From positions 416,001-480,000 of the forward strand of contig CAVPCT010000005.1 of NCBI GenBank assembly GCA_963702475.1: a DNA stretch of 64,000 nt. The letters are read 5' to 3'. Made by a program: the position numbers and the translations under genes. Positions within the stretch are counted from its first letter, which is position 1, and each line of letters opens with the position of its first letter. Positions 28,870 through 39,377 of the stretch are shown piece after piece. A model generated the notes under the pieces. The model saw only the letters and a list, made by a program, of their open reading frames with translations, was not told the origin of the DNA and made no database searches. This stretch comes from an uncultured Thermoleophilia bacterium. GTDB lineage: Bacteria; Actinomycetota; Thermoleophilia; UBA2241.

Positions 28870-31154
28870 TGTCGCGGTACATCGCCACGCGCGCCATCCG
28901 CGGCGCCAACGCCATCCTCGCCGAGGCCGAGGCCCAGGTCCACGCCGCCATCGAGGAGCTGGGCCCGGAGACGCCGGTGCAGTTCACCAACACTGCGTAC
29001 TACCTGCCGGTGGTGTACGCGTTCACCGGCCTCAAGGTCGAGAAGCTGGGCGACCTCGCCCTGGTGATCGAGCGCGCCAAGCAGCTCGTCCACCCCGTGC
29101 CGGCCGAGAAGTTCTGGCTGCCGTACCTGGGCGAGACGCTCGACAGCGGCGTGGCCACCCTGTTCGCCGAGGAGGCCATCGAGGGCGTGCGCTTCGCCCG
29201 CCACCAGGAGCCGCAGGTACTCACCCTCGAGCACGGCGAGTACGGCGGCGGCCGTTTCACCGGCGGCGACCTGGGCGTGCACGGCGACAAGTTCAAGCTC
29301 AACGGGCCCATCGACGACATCCAGCTGCGCGCCTGGGGCATCCAGCTGGTGGACGGCCGTATGCCCGGGTTCTGCGCCATCGTGGGCTGCGCCAGGAGCA
29401 ACGAGGTCGCCGTCAAGATCGTGCGCGAGCTGCAGAGCCGCGGCATCCTCATCTTCCTGAGCGGCAACGTCAACGGGCGCAGCATCATCCACCAGCTGCA
29501 GGAAGAGGGCATCCAGCTCGGTTACGACACCTTCACGGTGCCGTTCGGCATCGACACCATCAGCGCCGTGTACGCGCTGGGGTTCGCGGCCCGCTCCGCC
29601 CTCACCTTCGGCGGCATGGAGCCGGCACAGGCGCGCGACATCATGCTGTACAACAAGTACCGTGTGTTCGCCTTCGTGCTGGCCCTCGGCGAGGTCGACG
29701 ACCTCAAGTACGCCACGGCCGCCGGCGCCATCAGCTTCGGCTTCCCCACCATCGCCGACACGCGCATCCCGCAGATCCTGCCCACCGGTGTGACCACCTA
29801 CGAGCACGTCGTCTCCATGCCCTTCGACGAGATCCCCGGCAAGGACGACATGGAGAAGACCGAGAAGCTCATCCAGCGCTGCATCGAGGTGCGCGGCGTC
29901 AAGGTGCGCATCGCCAAGGTGCCGATCCCGGTGAGCTACGGCTCCGCCTTCGAGGGCGAGCGCGTGCGCAAGGACATCATGTACGCCGAGTTCGGCGGCA
30001 AGCGCGCGCACGCGTTCGAGTACCTGCGCATGAGGCCGGCCGACGAGGTGGAGGACGGCAAGATCACCGTGAACGGGCCGGACCTCGACGAGATCGAGGA
30101 GGGCGGCGCCCGGCCGCTGGGCATGGTCGTGGACGTGTCCGGCCGCAAGATGCAGCTCGACTTCGAGCCCATCCTGGAGCGCCAGTTCCACTACTTCATC
30201 AACGGTGTGGAGGGCATCCAGCACAACGGCCAGCGCGACATCGCCTGGACCCGCGTCAGCAAGAGCACCTTCAACAAGGGCTTCCGCATGGAGCACTTCG
30301 GCAAGGTGCTGCACGCCCGCATCCACGAGGTGTTCGGCAACATCGTCGACAAGGTCCAGGTGCACCTGACGACCGTGCCGGAAGAGGTCGACGAGCTCAT
30401 CGAAGTGGCGCGCGTGGCCTACGCCGAGCGCAACGAGCGCATCGCCACCCTCACCGACGAGTCGGTGGACACCTTCTACTCGTGCCTGCTCTGCCAGAGC
30501 TTCGCACCCAACCACGTCTGCGTGGTGAACCCCGAACGCGTGGGCCTGTGCGGCGCCTACAACTGGCTCGACTGCAAGGCGTCCTACGAGATCAACCCGA
30601 CCGGGCCCAATCAGCCGGTGCCCAAGGGCCTCTGCATGGACCCCGTGAAGGGCGAGTTCAGCGGCCCCAACGAGTACATCTACCAGCACTCCAACCAGGT
30701 CGTGGAGCGCGTCACGTTCTACTCGTGTATCGAGTCGCCGATGACCTCGTGCGGCTGCTTCGAGTGCATCATGGTCCTCGTCCCCGAGGCCAACGGCTAC
30801 ATGGTCGTGAGCCGCGAGGACCCCAGCATGACCCCGTGCGGCATGACGTTCTCCACGCTGGCCGGCACCGCCGGCGGCGGCATGCAGACGCCGGGCATGA
30901 TGGGGCTGGGCAAGTACTACCTGACGAGCAAGAAGTTCATCTCCGGCGACGGCGGCATCCGCCGCGTCGTGTGGATGAGCTCCAACCTCAAGGAGACCAT
31001 GCGGCCGGCGCTCGAGGAGGTCTGCGAGCGCGACGGCTGCCCCGGCCTGCTCGACCAGATCGCCGACGAGACCTCCGTCACCACCGTCGAGGAGCTGCTC
31101 CCCTTCCTCGAGGAACATGGGCATCCCGCCCTGACCATGGATCCCATCTTCTGA
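28869..31154 (+). CDS. acsB: Acetyl-CoA synthase (bacterial-type, with N-terminal domain)
   Basis: NTAYYLP, A-cluster ligands SCLLCQSFAPNHVC...GLCGA and PMTSCGCFEC. Confidence 0.96.
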   Translation: MSRYIATRAIRGANAILAEAEAQVHAAIEELGPETPVQFTNTAYYLPVVYAFTGLKVEKLGDLALVIERAKQLVHPVPAEKFWLPYLGETLDSGVATLFAEEAIEGVRFARHQEPQVLTLEHGEYGGGRFTGGDLGVHGDKFKLNGPIDDIQLRAWGIQLVDGRMPGFCAIVGCARSNEVAVKIVRELQSRGILIFLSGNVNGRSIIHQLQEEGIQLGYDTFTVPFGIDTISAVYALGFAARSALTFGGMEPAQARDIMLYNKYRVFAFVLALGEVDDLKYATAAGAISFGFPTIADTRIPQILPTGVTTYEHVVSMPFDEIPGKDDMEKTEKLIQRCIEVRGVKVRIAKVPIPVSYGSAFEGERVRKDIMYAEFGGKRAHAFEYLRMRPADEVEDGKITVNGPDLDEIEEGGARPLGMVVDVSGRKMQLDFEPILERQFHYFINGVEGIQHNGQRDIAWTRVSKSTFNKGFRMEHFGKVLHARIHEVFGNIVDKVQVHLTTVPEEVDELIEVARVAYAERNERIATLTDESVDTFYSCLLCQSFAPNHVCVVNPERVGLCGAYNWLDCKASYEINPTGPNQPVPKGLCMDPVKGEFSGPNEYIYQHSNQVVERVTFYSCIESPMTSCGCFECIMVLVPEANGYMVVSREDPSMTPCGMTFSTLAGTAGGGMQTPGMMGLGKYYLTSKKFISGDGGIRRVVWMSSNLKETMRPALEEVCERDGCPGLLDQIADETSVTTVEELLPFLEEHGHPALTMDPIF

Positions 31155-31179
31155 ACCCACGAACGTCTGGAGTGCGCAG

Positions 31180-32142
31180 ATGAGTGCAGTTGAGACCCCG
31201 GCAGAGAAGTGGTCCGGCGCCGTGCGCGAAGTCACGCTCGGCAGCAGCTACGGAGGAGGGACGCGGACCGGCACCGTGACGGTGGGCGGCGAGACGGCCC
31301 TGCCGTTCCTCAGCTTCGAAGGCACCATGCCCAACCGCCCGGCGATCGCCGTCGAGATCACCGACGTGCGGCCGGACGACTGGTCGTCTGAGCTCCAGGC
31401 CGCCTGGGGCGACCTGCTCGGGAGCCCCGCCGACTGGGCCGTGGCGGCCGTGGAGAAGGGCGCCGACCTCATCGCCCTGAGCCTCAAGGGCTGCCACCCG
31501 GACAACGGCGACCTCGACCACACGCACGCCGTGCAGGTGGTGGAGCGCGTGCTGGCGCACGTCGGCGTGCCGCTCCTGGTGTACGGCCCCGGGGTGGCCG
31601 ACAAGGACAACGACGTGCTCGTGGCGGTGGCCGAGGCCACCAAGGGCGAGCAGCTGGCGCTGGGCATCTGCGAGGAGAAGAACTACCGCACCATCGTCGC
31701 CGCGGCCCTGGGCAACGGCCACGCCGTGATCGCCGAGACGCCGATCGACGTCAATCTGGCGAAGCAGCTCAATATCCTCATCTCCGACATGGGTCTCGGC
31801 CTGGAGCGCGTGCTCATGGACCCCAACACCGGCGCCCTGGGCTACGGCATCGAGTACACCTACTCGGTGATGGAGCGCCTGCGCCTCGCCGCCCTCATGG
31901 GCGACACCATGACGCAGCAGCCCATGATCTGCCAGGTGGGCGCCGAGGCGTGGCGCCAGAAAGAGGCCCGCGCCGCCGAGGTGCCGGCCGGCTGGGGCGA
32001 CCTCGCCACGCGCGGCGTGGCCTGGGAGATCAGCACCGCGATCACGCTGCTGCAGTCGGGCGCCGACATCCTGCTGCTGCGTCACCCGTCCTCGGTCGCG
32101 GCCGTCCGCGGCGCCATCGACGACCTCACGAAAGGGGCGTGA
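31180..32142 (+). CDS. acsD: Corrinoid iron-sulfur protein small subunit
   Basis: VTVGGETALPF, PIDVNLAKQLN, ALGYGIEYTYSVMERLRLAAL. Confidence 0.95.
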   Translation: MSAVETPAEKWSGAVREVTLGSSYGGGTRTGTVTVGGETALPFLSFEGTMPNRPAIAVEITDVRPDDWSSELQAAWGDLLGSPADWAVAAVEKGADLIALSLKGCHPDNGDLDHTHAVQVVERVLAHVGVPLLVYGPGVADKDNDVLVAVAEATKGEQLALGICEEKNYRTIVAAALGNGHAVIAETPIDVNLAKQLNILISDMGLGLERVLMDPNTGALGYGIEYTYSVMERLRLAALMGDTMTQQPMICQVGAEAWRQKEARAAEVPAGWGDLATRGVAWEISTAITLLQSGADILLLRHPSSVAAVRGAIDDLTKGA

Positions 32143-32145
32143 CCC

Positions 32146-33495
32146 GTGGCCCTCTCCGGACTCGAGATCTACAAGCTGCTCCCCAAGACGAACTGCAAGG
32201 AGTGCGGCTTTCCCACGTGCCTGGCATTCGCCATGAAGCTGGCCCAGAAGGGCACCGAGCTGGACAACTGCCCCCACGTGAGCGACGAGGCCAAGCAGGC
32301 GCTCGACGCCGCCTCGGCGCCGCCGATCAAGCTCGTCACGATCGGCGCCGGTGAGCGCGCCTTCGAGATCGGCAACGAGACGGTGCTCTTCCGTCACGAG
32401 AAGACCTTCTACCACCAGCCCGGGCTCGTGGCCCGGGTGGCGTGCGACGACCCGCAGCTCGCCGACAAGGCCGCCGCGGCGGCGGCCTACGAGGTCGAGC
32501 GGGTCGGCATGGTCCTGCGCCTGGACGGGCTGGCCGTGGACCACACGGCCGGCGACGCGGCCGCGTACGCCGCGGCCGTGGCCGCGGCCCGCGCGGCCGC
32601 GCCAGGCATGCCGCTGGTGCTCATGACAGCGGACGCCGCGGCGGCCGACGCGGCCCTCTCCGGCGGCGCCGCCGCCGAAAAGCCGCTGCTCCACGCCGCC
32701 ACCGCGGCCAACTGCCAGGCCATGGCCGAGGTCGCCGTGAAGCACGGCGTGCCGCTGGCCATCAAGGTCGAGCACGGCGACCTCTCCGGCCTCGCCGACC
32801 TCTCCGCCGTGGCCACTGAGGCCGGGGTCGAAGACCTCGTCCTCGACCCCGGCGCCGGCAGCCTCGCCTCCGATCTCTCGGCGTTCACGCAGCTCCGCCG
32901 CCTCGCGCTCAAGAAGGGCGCCCGCGCCCTGGGCTACCCCATCATCGCTCTCTGTACCGCGGACTCGTGGGAGCAGGAGCTCGTGCGCGCCACGCAGGCC
33001 GTGGCCAAGTACGCCGGCGTCGTGGTCCTCGACAGCGCCGACCCGGCGGTCTACTACGCGCTCATCACACTGCGCCAGAACATCTACACCGACCCGCAGA
33101 AGCCAATCCAGGTGGAGCCGAAGCTCTACGAGATCGGCTCCCCGACGGCCGACAGCCCGCTCATGATCACGACGAACTTCTCGCTCACGTACTTCAGCGT
33201 CTCGGGCGAGGCCGAGGGCGCCGGCATGCCGTCGTGGCTGCTGGTCGCCGACAGCGACGGCCAGTCGGTGCTCACGGCGTGGGCCGCCGGCAAGTTCGAC
33301 GCCGAGAAGATCGCCAAGACCGTCAAGGGCAGCGGCATCGAGAACATGGTCAGCCACCGCAAGCTGGTGATCCCCGGTCACGTGGCCGGTCTCTCCGGCG
33401 AGGTGGAGGAGGAGCTGCCCGGCTGGCAGATCATGGTCGGGCCGCGCGACGCCGTGGACATCCCCAACTACCTCAAGACCGTGTGGAGCGCCTGA
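32146..33495 (+). CDS. acsC: Corrinoid iron-sulfur protein large subunit
   Basis: LPKTNCKECGFPTCLAFAM, IYTDPQKP, TTNFSLTY, SVLTAWAAGKF. Confidence 0.95.
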   Translation: MALSGLEIYKLLPKTNCKECGFPTCLAFAMKLAQKGTELDNCPHVSDEAKQALDAASAPPIKLVTIGAGERAFEIGNETVLFRHEKTFYHQPGLVARVACDDPQLADKAAAAAAYEVERVGMVLRLDGLAVDHTAGDAAAYAAAVAAARAAAPGMPLVLMTADAAAADAALSGGAAAEKPLLHAATAANCQAMAEVAVKHGVPLAIKVEHGDLSGLADLSAVATEAGVEDLVLDPGAGSLASDLSAFTQLRRLALKKGARALGYPIIALCTADSWEQELVRATQAVAKYAGVVVLDSADPAVYYALITLRQNIYTDPQKPIQVEPKLYEIGSPTADSPLMITTNFSLTYFSVSGEAEGAGMPSWLLVADSDGQSVLTAWAAGKFDAEKIAKTVKGSGIENMVSHRKLVIPGHVAGLSGEVEEELPGWQIMVGPRDAVDIPNYLKTVWSA

Positions 33496-33503
33496 GAGGA
33501 CGA

Positions 33504-35469
33504 GTGGCCACCATCACCTTCACGCCGTCGGGCGAGACCATCGACGTGCCGCTCGGCACGACCCTCCTCGACGCGGCCACCCTCTGCGAGGAGGACGTCA
33601 AGGCGCCGTGTGCGGGGCAGGGCCGCTGCGGCCGCTGCCGCGTGCGCGTGCTCAGCGGGGAGGTGGAGCGGCGCAGCAACGCCGGTCTGGAGACGGCCGA
33701 TGTCCTGGAGGGCTGGGCTGTGGCCTGCCAGACCTTCGTCAGGGGCCCGGCCGAGGTCGAGGTCCCCGAGCGGCGCAAGGAGGAGGTGCGCCCGCACGGC
33801 CACGCTGTGGCCGAGCCCGAGTCGCTGCCCATCCGTTGCGATTGGCGGCAGAACCCGGCCGTGCGCACCTTCGAGCTCGACATCGAGCCGCCCACGCTCG
33901 ACGACCAGACCAGCGACTTCGACCGCCTGCGGCGGGCGCTGCAGCGGCAGCACGGCCTGGAGGAGATCCGCGCCGAGCTGCCCATGCTGCGGCGCCTCGG
34001 CAAAGACCTGCGCATGTCCAACTGGAAGGTCAGCGTGACGCTCGAGATGCGCGATTGGGTGTACGGCACGTACCTGCCGCCGCGCCTCATCCGCATCTAC
34101 CCCGGCGCCTTCAAGCACCAGAGCATGGGGCTGGCCGTGGACGTCGGCACCACCTCTGTCGTGGCCTACCTGCTCGACTTCAACGAGGGCCGCGTGGTCG
34201 ACACGGCCAGTGCCTACAACAAGCAGATCAGCTGCGGCGAGGACGTGATCAGCCGCATCATCTACGCCAAGACCAAACGCGGCCTCGACCGCCTGCAGAA
34301 GCTCGTCGTCGAGACCATCAACGACCTGCTCACCGAGCTGCAGGAGCGCAACGGCATCGAGCTCTACGAGATCCACGAGATCGCCGTAGCCGGCAACACC
34401 ACCATGACGCACCTGCTCCTCGGGCTGGACCCCAAGTACCTGCGCGAGGAGCCGTACATCCCCACCATCGCCTCGGCGCCGAAGCTGATGGCCGGCGAGC
34501 TGGGGCTCAACGCCAACATGCTCGCCCGCGTGCACATCATGCCGTCGGTGGGCAGCTACGTGGGCGGCGACATCACCGCCGGCGTGATCTCGTCGGGCCA
34601 GTACGCCACCGACAAGCTCACGCTGTTCATCGACATCGGCACCAACGGCGAGATGGTGCTGGGCACCCAGGACTGGCTGCTCTCGTGCGCGTGCTCCGCC
34701 GGCCCCGCCTTCGAGGGCGGCGGCGTGCGCCACGGCATGCGCGCTTCGGCGGGCGCCATCGAGGACGTCTACGTCGACGACGCCACCTGGGAGCCCACCT
34801 TCCGCACCGTGGACGACGCGCCGCCCGCCGGCATCTGCGGCAGCGGGCTCATCGACCTGCTCGGCGAGCTGTTCGTCACGGGGCTGCTCGACAAGTCCGG
34901 GCACTTCGACCTGGAGGCGCCCACGGCCCGCGTCCGCGTGGACCAGGGCGTACCCGAGTACGTCGTCTGCCGCGCCGGCGAGCAGGGAGCCGACCACGAC
35001 ATCGTGCTCACCGAGTCGGACGTCACCAGCCTCATGAGTGCCAAGGCGGCCATCTACGCCGGCTACATGGTGATGTGCCGCAGCGTGGGCGTGGAGCTCG
35101 GCGACGTCGAGCAGATCCTCATCGGCGGGCGCCTTCGGCCAGTACCTCAACGTGGAGAAGGCGATCCGCATCGGCCTGCTCCCCGACCTGCCGGTGGACC
35201 GCTTCCACTTCCTCGGCAACACCAGCGCCCAGGGCGCCTACGCCGCGCTGCTGTGCGTGAGCGTGCGGCACGACGTCCAGGACGTCGCCGCCAAGATGAC
35301 CTACCTCGAGCTGAGCGCCGACAACAGCTTCATGGACGAGTACACGTCGGCTCTCTTCCTGCCTCACACCGACCTCGGCGTGTTCCCGAGCGTCCAGGCA
35401 GATGCTCGCGCGGCGCGCCGCCGGGCCGGGGCGGCAGGGCACACCCTGAGACGGAGGCCCGCAGTATGA
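33504..35469 (+). CDS. acsV: ASKHA-family reductive activator of corrinoid protein (RACo/AcsV), with an apparent +1 frameshift near 35128
   Basis: 2Fe-2S CAGQGRCGRC, DVGTT, AGNTTM, DIGTNGE, AGPAFEG, GICGSG; C-terminal GNTS...YLELS...LFLPHT continues in another frame. Confidence 0.9.
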
Positions 35470-36239
35470 CGACCACCATCGCCGTCGCCGGCAAGGGAGG
35501 GACCGGAAAGACCACGCTGGCCGGTCTGCTCATCCGCCGCCTGGCGGAGGACAAGACCGGCCCCATCCTCGCCATCGACGCCGACCCGGCCAGCAACCTC
35601 AACACGGTGCTCGACCTGCCGCTCGAGAAGACCGTCGGCGACGTCCGCGAGGAGACCGGCGAGAAGGCCCGCGCCAACCTGCTGGAGGCGGGCATCGCCA
35701 AGCGCGACCTGCTCGACTACGAGATCAACGCCAGCGTGGTGGAGGGCGTCGGGGTCGACCTCATCGCCATGGGACGCCCCGAGGGTCCCGGCTGCTACTG
35801 CGCCGCCAACAGCATGCTGCGCGCCATCATCGACGCCATCGCCGACAGCTACCCCGTGGTGGTCATCGACAACGAGGCCGGCCTGGAACACCTCTCGCGA
35901 CGCACCACGCGCGACGTGGACGTGCTCTTCATCGTCAGCGACGCCACGGTGCGCGGCATCACCACCGCCGGCCGCATCGCCTCCCTCATCGCCGAGCTGA
36001 AGACCAAGGTCGGCAAGCACTACCTGGTCGTGAACCGCGCGCCCGACGGGCTCACGCCCGAACTGCGCGCGGCCATCGCCGAGCACGGCCTCGACCTGCT
36101 GGCCGTGCTCCCCGACGACGAGATGGTGGCGGCCCTGGATGCCGCCGGCCGCCCCATCATCGACCTGCCCGCCGACAGCCCTATGTCGGTCGCCCTCACG
36201 CCCGTGCTCGAGACCGTCCTCGCCCAGACCCGCGTCTAA
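35466..36239 (+). CDS. acsF: CooC/AcsF nickel-insertion ATPase
   Basis: GKGGTGKT, IDADP, GPGCYC, DNEAGLEHLSRR; start overlaps the acsV stop. Confidence 0.92.
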   Translation: MTTTIAVAGKGGTGKTTLAGLLIRRLAEDKTGPILAIDADPASNLNTVLDLPLEKTVGDVREETGEKARANLLEAGIAKRDLLDYEINASVVEGVGVDLIAMGRPEGPGCYCAANSMLRAIIDAIADSYPVVVIDNEAGLEHLSRRTTRDVDVLFIVSDATVRGITTAGRIASLIAELKTKVGKHYLVVNRAPDGLTPELRAAIAEHGLDLLAVLPDDEMVAALDAAGRPIIDLPADSPMSVALTPVLETVLAQTRV

Positions 36240-36250
36240 GGAGGCACCCG

Positions 36251-37171
36251 GTGCTCATCATCGGTGAGAACATCCAGATCATGTCGCCGCCCATCAAGGC
36301 CGCCATCGAGGCGCGCGACAAGACGGTCATCCAGGATCTGGCCGTGATGCAGGTCGAGGCCGGGGCCGGCATCGTGGACCTCAACATCGGCCCCCAGAAG
36401 AAGCTCGGCCACGAGGTCATGCCGTGGATCGTGGAGGCGGTGCAGGAGGTCTGCGACGTGCCGCTCTCGCTCGACACGACGAACTTCGCCGCCATGGAGG
36501 CCGGGCTGCAGGTGTGCAGGCACCCGGCCATGCTGAACTCCGCCTCCGCCGACCCGGACCGGTTGGACAGCGTGATGCAGCTGGCGGCCAAGTACGGCGC
36601 CAGGGTCATCGCCCTCACCATGGGCGTGGAGGGCATCCCCACCACCGCCGACGGCCGCGCCGGCATCGCCATGGAGGCGCTCCTGCCGGCTGCCGAGGCC
36701 GCCGGTCTGCCGGTGGAGAACGTGTACCTCGACCCGCTCGTCCTCGCCGTGAACTGCAACCAGGACGTGTCGATGGCGTCGGTCGAGTCCATCCGCATGT
36801 TCAAGATGATGGCCGACCCGGCGCCGATGACCGTGGTCGGCCTGTCCAACATATCCAACGGCGCGCCGCTCGAGAACCGGTCGCTCATCAACCGCGTGAT
36901 GATGATCATGGTGATGGGCGCCGGACTGGACAGCGCCATCGCCGACCCGCTCGACTCCGTGCAGAACGAGTGGATCCGCGTCGCCGAGGAGCGCGACGAC
37001 GGCACGCCGCTCGGCAGGCTCATCCTCGCGCTCTACGACGCCGTGGCCGCCATGGACGTGCTCGACGAGTCGCTGGTGGACAAGAGCGACCCGGAGCAGC
37101 TCGCCCTCTGGAAGACCTACCGGATGCTCACCAACCAGACGCTGTACGCCGACTCGTACCTGCAGCTCTGA
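36251..37171 (+). CDS. acsE: Methyltetrahydrofolate:corrinoid protein methyltransferase
   Basis: IIGENI, LSLDT, DPLV, GLSNISNG, GLDSAIADP pterin-binding barrel; operon context. Confidence 0.9.
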   Translation: MLIIGENIQIMSPPIKAAIEARDKTVIQDLAVMQVEAGAGIVDLNIGPQKKLGHEVMPWIVEAVQEVCDVPLSLDTTNFAAMEAGLQVCRHPAMLNSASADPDRLDSVMQLAAKYGARVIALTMGVEGIPTTADGRAGIAMEALLPAAEAAGLPVENVYLDPLVLAVNCNQDVSMASVESIRMFKMMADPAPMTVVGLSNISNGAPLENRSLINRVMMIMVMGAGLDSAIADPLDSVQNEWIRVAEERDDGTPLGRLILALYDAVAAMDVLDESLVDKSDPEQLALWKTYRMLTNQTLYADSYLQL

Positions 37172-37212
37172 GGCCTCGCCGGCTCTGGTCAAGTACGGGC
37201 TGCGGATGCGAA

Positions 37213-37259
37213 GAACGCCGGGGGGCGGCGGTCCTGCGGACCGCCGCCCCCCGGCGTTC
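37213..37259. terminator. 22-bp perfect hairpin ending the acs operon
   Basis: GAACGCCGGGGGGCGGCGGTCC-tgc-GGACCGCCGCCCCCCGGCGTTC. Confidence 0.8.
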
Positions 37260-37285
37260 GCTTGTGTTCAGGAGCAGACCGGCGC

Positions 37286-37450
37286 TCAGGCCGCCGGAGC
37301 GGCGTCGTCCGCCGGCGGCGTGTAACTGCTCCACGGGTCGGTCTTGTCGCCGCCCCATCCGCAGATGCCGTCGCCCTTCCACATCTTCCAGGCGAAGTAG
37401 GCGCCCACGCCCAGCGTGATGATGGCGATAAGGAACAGCAGCTTCTTCAT
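37286..37450 (-). CDS. 54-aa single-TM small protein, below the ORF-track cutoff
   Basis: GGAGGAGG RBS; MKKLLFLIAIITLGVGAYFAWKMWKGDGICGWGGDKTDPWSSYTPPADDAAPAA*. Confidence 0.75.
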   Translation of the reverse strand: MKKLLFLIAIITLGVGAYFAWKMWKGDGICGWGGDKTDPWSSYTPPADDAAPAA

Positions 37451-37666
37451 TCGGGTCCCTCCTCCCTTCGGCTGTGTGCATCATACCCCCGCGCGGCGGT
37501 TTCGGCTCCTCGCTCTGCGTCGCCGCCGCGCCGGGCCGCGGACGCGGGGTCGGCGCCTGGTCTTCCCGACGAGGGCGCCACGTGCGCACTCCACCGGAAC
37601 GGCCGGCGCTCCCAGCGGCGCGCGCCGCTGGCACGCGCACCCGCGTTCCCGTACCCTCGCCGGGCC

Positions 37667-38095
37667 ATGTGGGTCATCACGCACGTGTTCGCCGGGCTCG
37701 CCATCGCCGCCGCCGTCGGCGGGCCGTGGTGGCTCGTCCTCTTCCTCGTGCTCCTGTCGCACGTGGTCATGGACCTCGTCCCGCACTGGGACTACTCGGC
37801 CACGCAGCACCCCATCTCCCTCGGTTTTCTGGACTTCGCCGCGGGTCTGGTCGTCTGGCTGGTCTGCTGGCTCGTCCTCGGTATGCCGTTCTGGATGGCG
37901 CTCATGGGGCCGGTGAGCGGCGCCCCCGATTGGGACGTGCTCATCGCCGAGCTCCGCCGTAAGCCCGACCTCCACTACTTCCCCAGCCACTCGCAGAGGG
38001 TGCACGGCCACGCGGGACCGGTGTGGGGCATCGGCGTGCAGGTGGCCATCATGGTCACTGGCGCGATCGTGGTACTCGCCCTGCGGCCGTACTGA
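37667..38095 (+). CDS. Membrane protein, putative metal-dependent hydrolase
   Basis: MWVITH, SHVVMDLVPHWDY, APD and His-rich motifs among TM helices. Confidence 0.65.
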   Translation: MWVITHVFAGLAIAAAVGGPWWLVLFLVLLSHVVMDLVPHWDYSATQHPISLGFLDFAAGLVVWLVCWLVLGMPFWMALMGPVSGAPDWDVLIAELRRKPDLHYFPSHSQRVHGHAGPVWGIGVQVAIMVTGAIVVLALRPY

Positions 38096-38188
38096 GAGCC
38101 GGACCGCGGGGGTACAGTGAGTCGTGGCGGGCGTTCGTGGAAGACCGCGCCCGCGCCCAGGACTCTCGTACGGACCGAGGAGGGGACC

Positions 38189-38644
38189 GTGGACGAGGTG
38201 ACGATCAAGGAGATCCCGGACCAGCTCGCATTGACGGTGGCCAAGCGCGTGAGCATGGCCACGGTGGGCGACGGGATAGGCGAGGCGTTCGCGGCCATCA
38301 TGGCGCACGCCGGAGCGAGCGGCGCGCAGTTCGTCGGCCCGCCGTTCTGCCTGTACCCGGACGAGATGGGCGACGAGTTCGGCATGGTCGTGTGCCTGCC
38401 GGTGGCGCCGGGGGCCTCGGCGGGCGAGGGCGTGGCCCTCGAGACGGTCCCCGGCGGGACGTGTGCAAGCCTGCTGCACCGAGGCCCGTACTCGGCGATC
38501 GGCGACTCCTACGGAGCCCTGCAGGCGTGGATGGCGGCCAACGGCAGACAGCCGGCCGGGCCACCGCGCGAGGTCTACCTGAACGACCCGCAGACCGTGC
38601 CCGCAGCCGAGCTCCTCACCGAGATCGACTGGCCCGTGGCGTGA
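38189..38644 (+). CDS. GyrI-like small-molecule-binding protein
   Basis: HRGPYSAIGDSYGAL...PREVYLNDP...LLTEI. Confidence 0.88.
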   Translation: MDEVTIKEIPDQLALTVAKRVSMATVGDGIGEAFAAIMAHAGASGAQFVGPPFCLYPDEMGDEFGMVVCLPVAPGASAGEGVALETVPGGTCASLLHRGPYSAIGDSYGALQAWMAANGRQPAGPPREVYLNDPQTVPAAELLTEIDWPVA

Positions 38645-39264
38645 GCCCGGTCGACCTCGTCAGGCAGCACCGGGCGCTCTACAACCCGTCATGGAAGCAC
38701 CCGGCCGTCGTGGAGGTGCCGGAGCTCTCGTTCGTGACCGTCGACGGGCGAGGGGCGCCTGAGTCGGAGGCGTACGCCGACGCCCTCCAGGCGCTGTACA
38801 GCACGGCGTACACGCTCAAGTTCTCGCTGAGGAACGCGGACGCGGAGCGTGACTTCAAGGTCGCTCCGCTGGAGGGCCTCTGGTGGGGCGACGCCGAGCG
38901 CCCGAGCCTCGAGGAACTGCAGAAAGACCGCGCGGCCTGGAACTGGCGCCTGATGATCGCCCTGCCGGACGGGGTGACGGCCGCCGAAGTGGCCGCCGCC
39001 GCGGAGCAGGCGGCCCGCAAGCGGCGGCCGTCGGCCCCCGTCGAGATCCGCTTCGAGCGCCTCGAAGAGGGCCTGGCCGCCCAGCTCCTGCACATCGGCC
39101 CGTACTCGGAAGAGGCGCCGACCATCGAGCGCCTGCACGCGTGGGTGGCCGAGCAGGGCTACGAGCTGCACGGCCGCCACCACGAGATCTACCTGAGCGA
39201 CCCTCAGCGCACGGCGCCCGAGCGTCTGAAGACGGTCATCAGGCACCCGGTGCGCGAGGCCTGA
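38641..39264 (+). CDS. GyrI-like domain protein
   Basis: VAPLEGLWW, WRLMI, HIGPYSEE, HHEIYLSDP. Confidence 0.88.
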   Translation: MSPVDLVRQHRALYNPSWKHPAVVEVPELSFVTVDGRGAPESEAYADALQALYSTAYTLKFSLRNADAERDFKVAPLEGLWWGDAERPSLEELQKDRAAWNWRLMIALPDGVTAAEVAAAAEQAARKRRPSAPVEIRFERLEEGLAAQLLHIGPYSEEAPTIERLHAWVAEQGYELHGRHHEIYLSDPQRTAPERLKTVIRHPVREA

Positions 39265-39313
39265 GAGCCGGGCGGCGCCCACACGCGGCGGCCGCTGGGG
39301 CGCCGGTACGCGT

Positions 39314-39346
39314 GACGGGGTCGGGAGCACTCCTCCCGGCCCCGTC
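39314..39346. terminator. Hairpin between convergent genes
   Basis: GACGGGGTCGGGAG pairs with CTCCCGGCCCCGTC (one G-T pair). Confidence 0.55.
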
Positions 39347-39377
39347 TCGTGTCGCCCGCCACTCCCGGCCACTCCCG

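Noticed and set aside
32967-36239. 1090-aa AcsV-AcsF fusion in the ORF track
   Set aside because: Caused by an extra G near 35128; the true AcsV C-terminus continues in another frame and AcsF has its own RBS and ATG at 35466.
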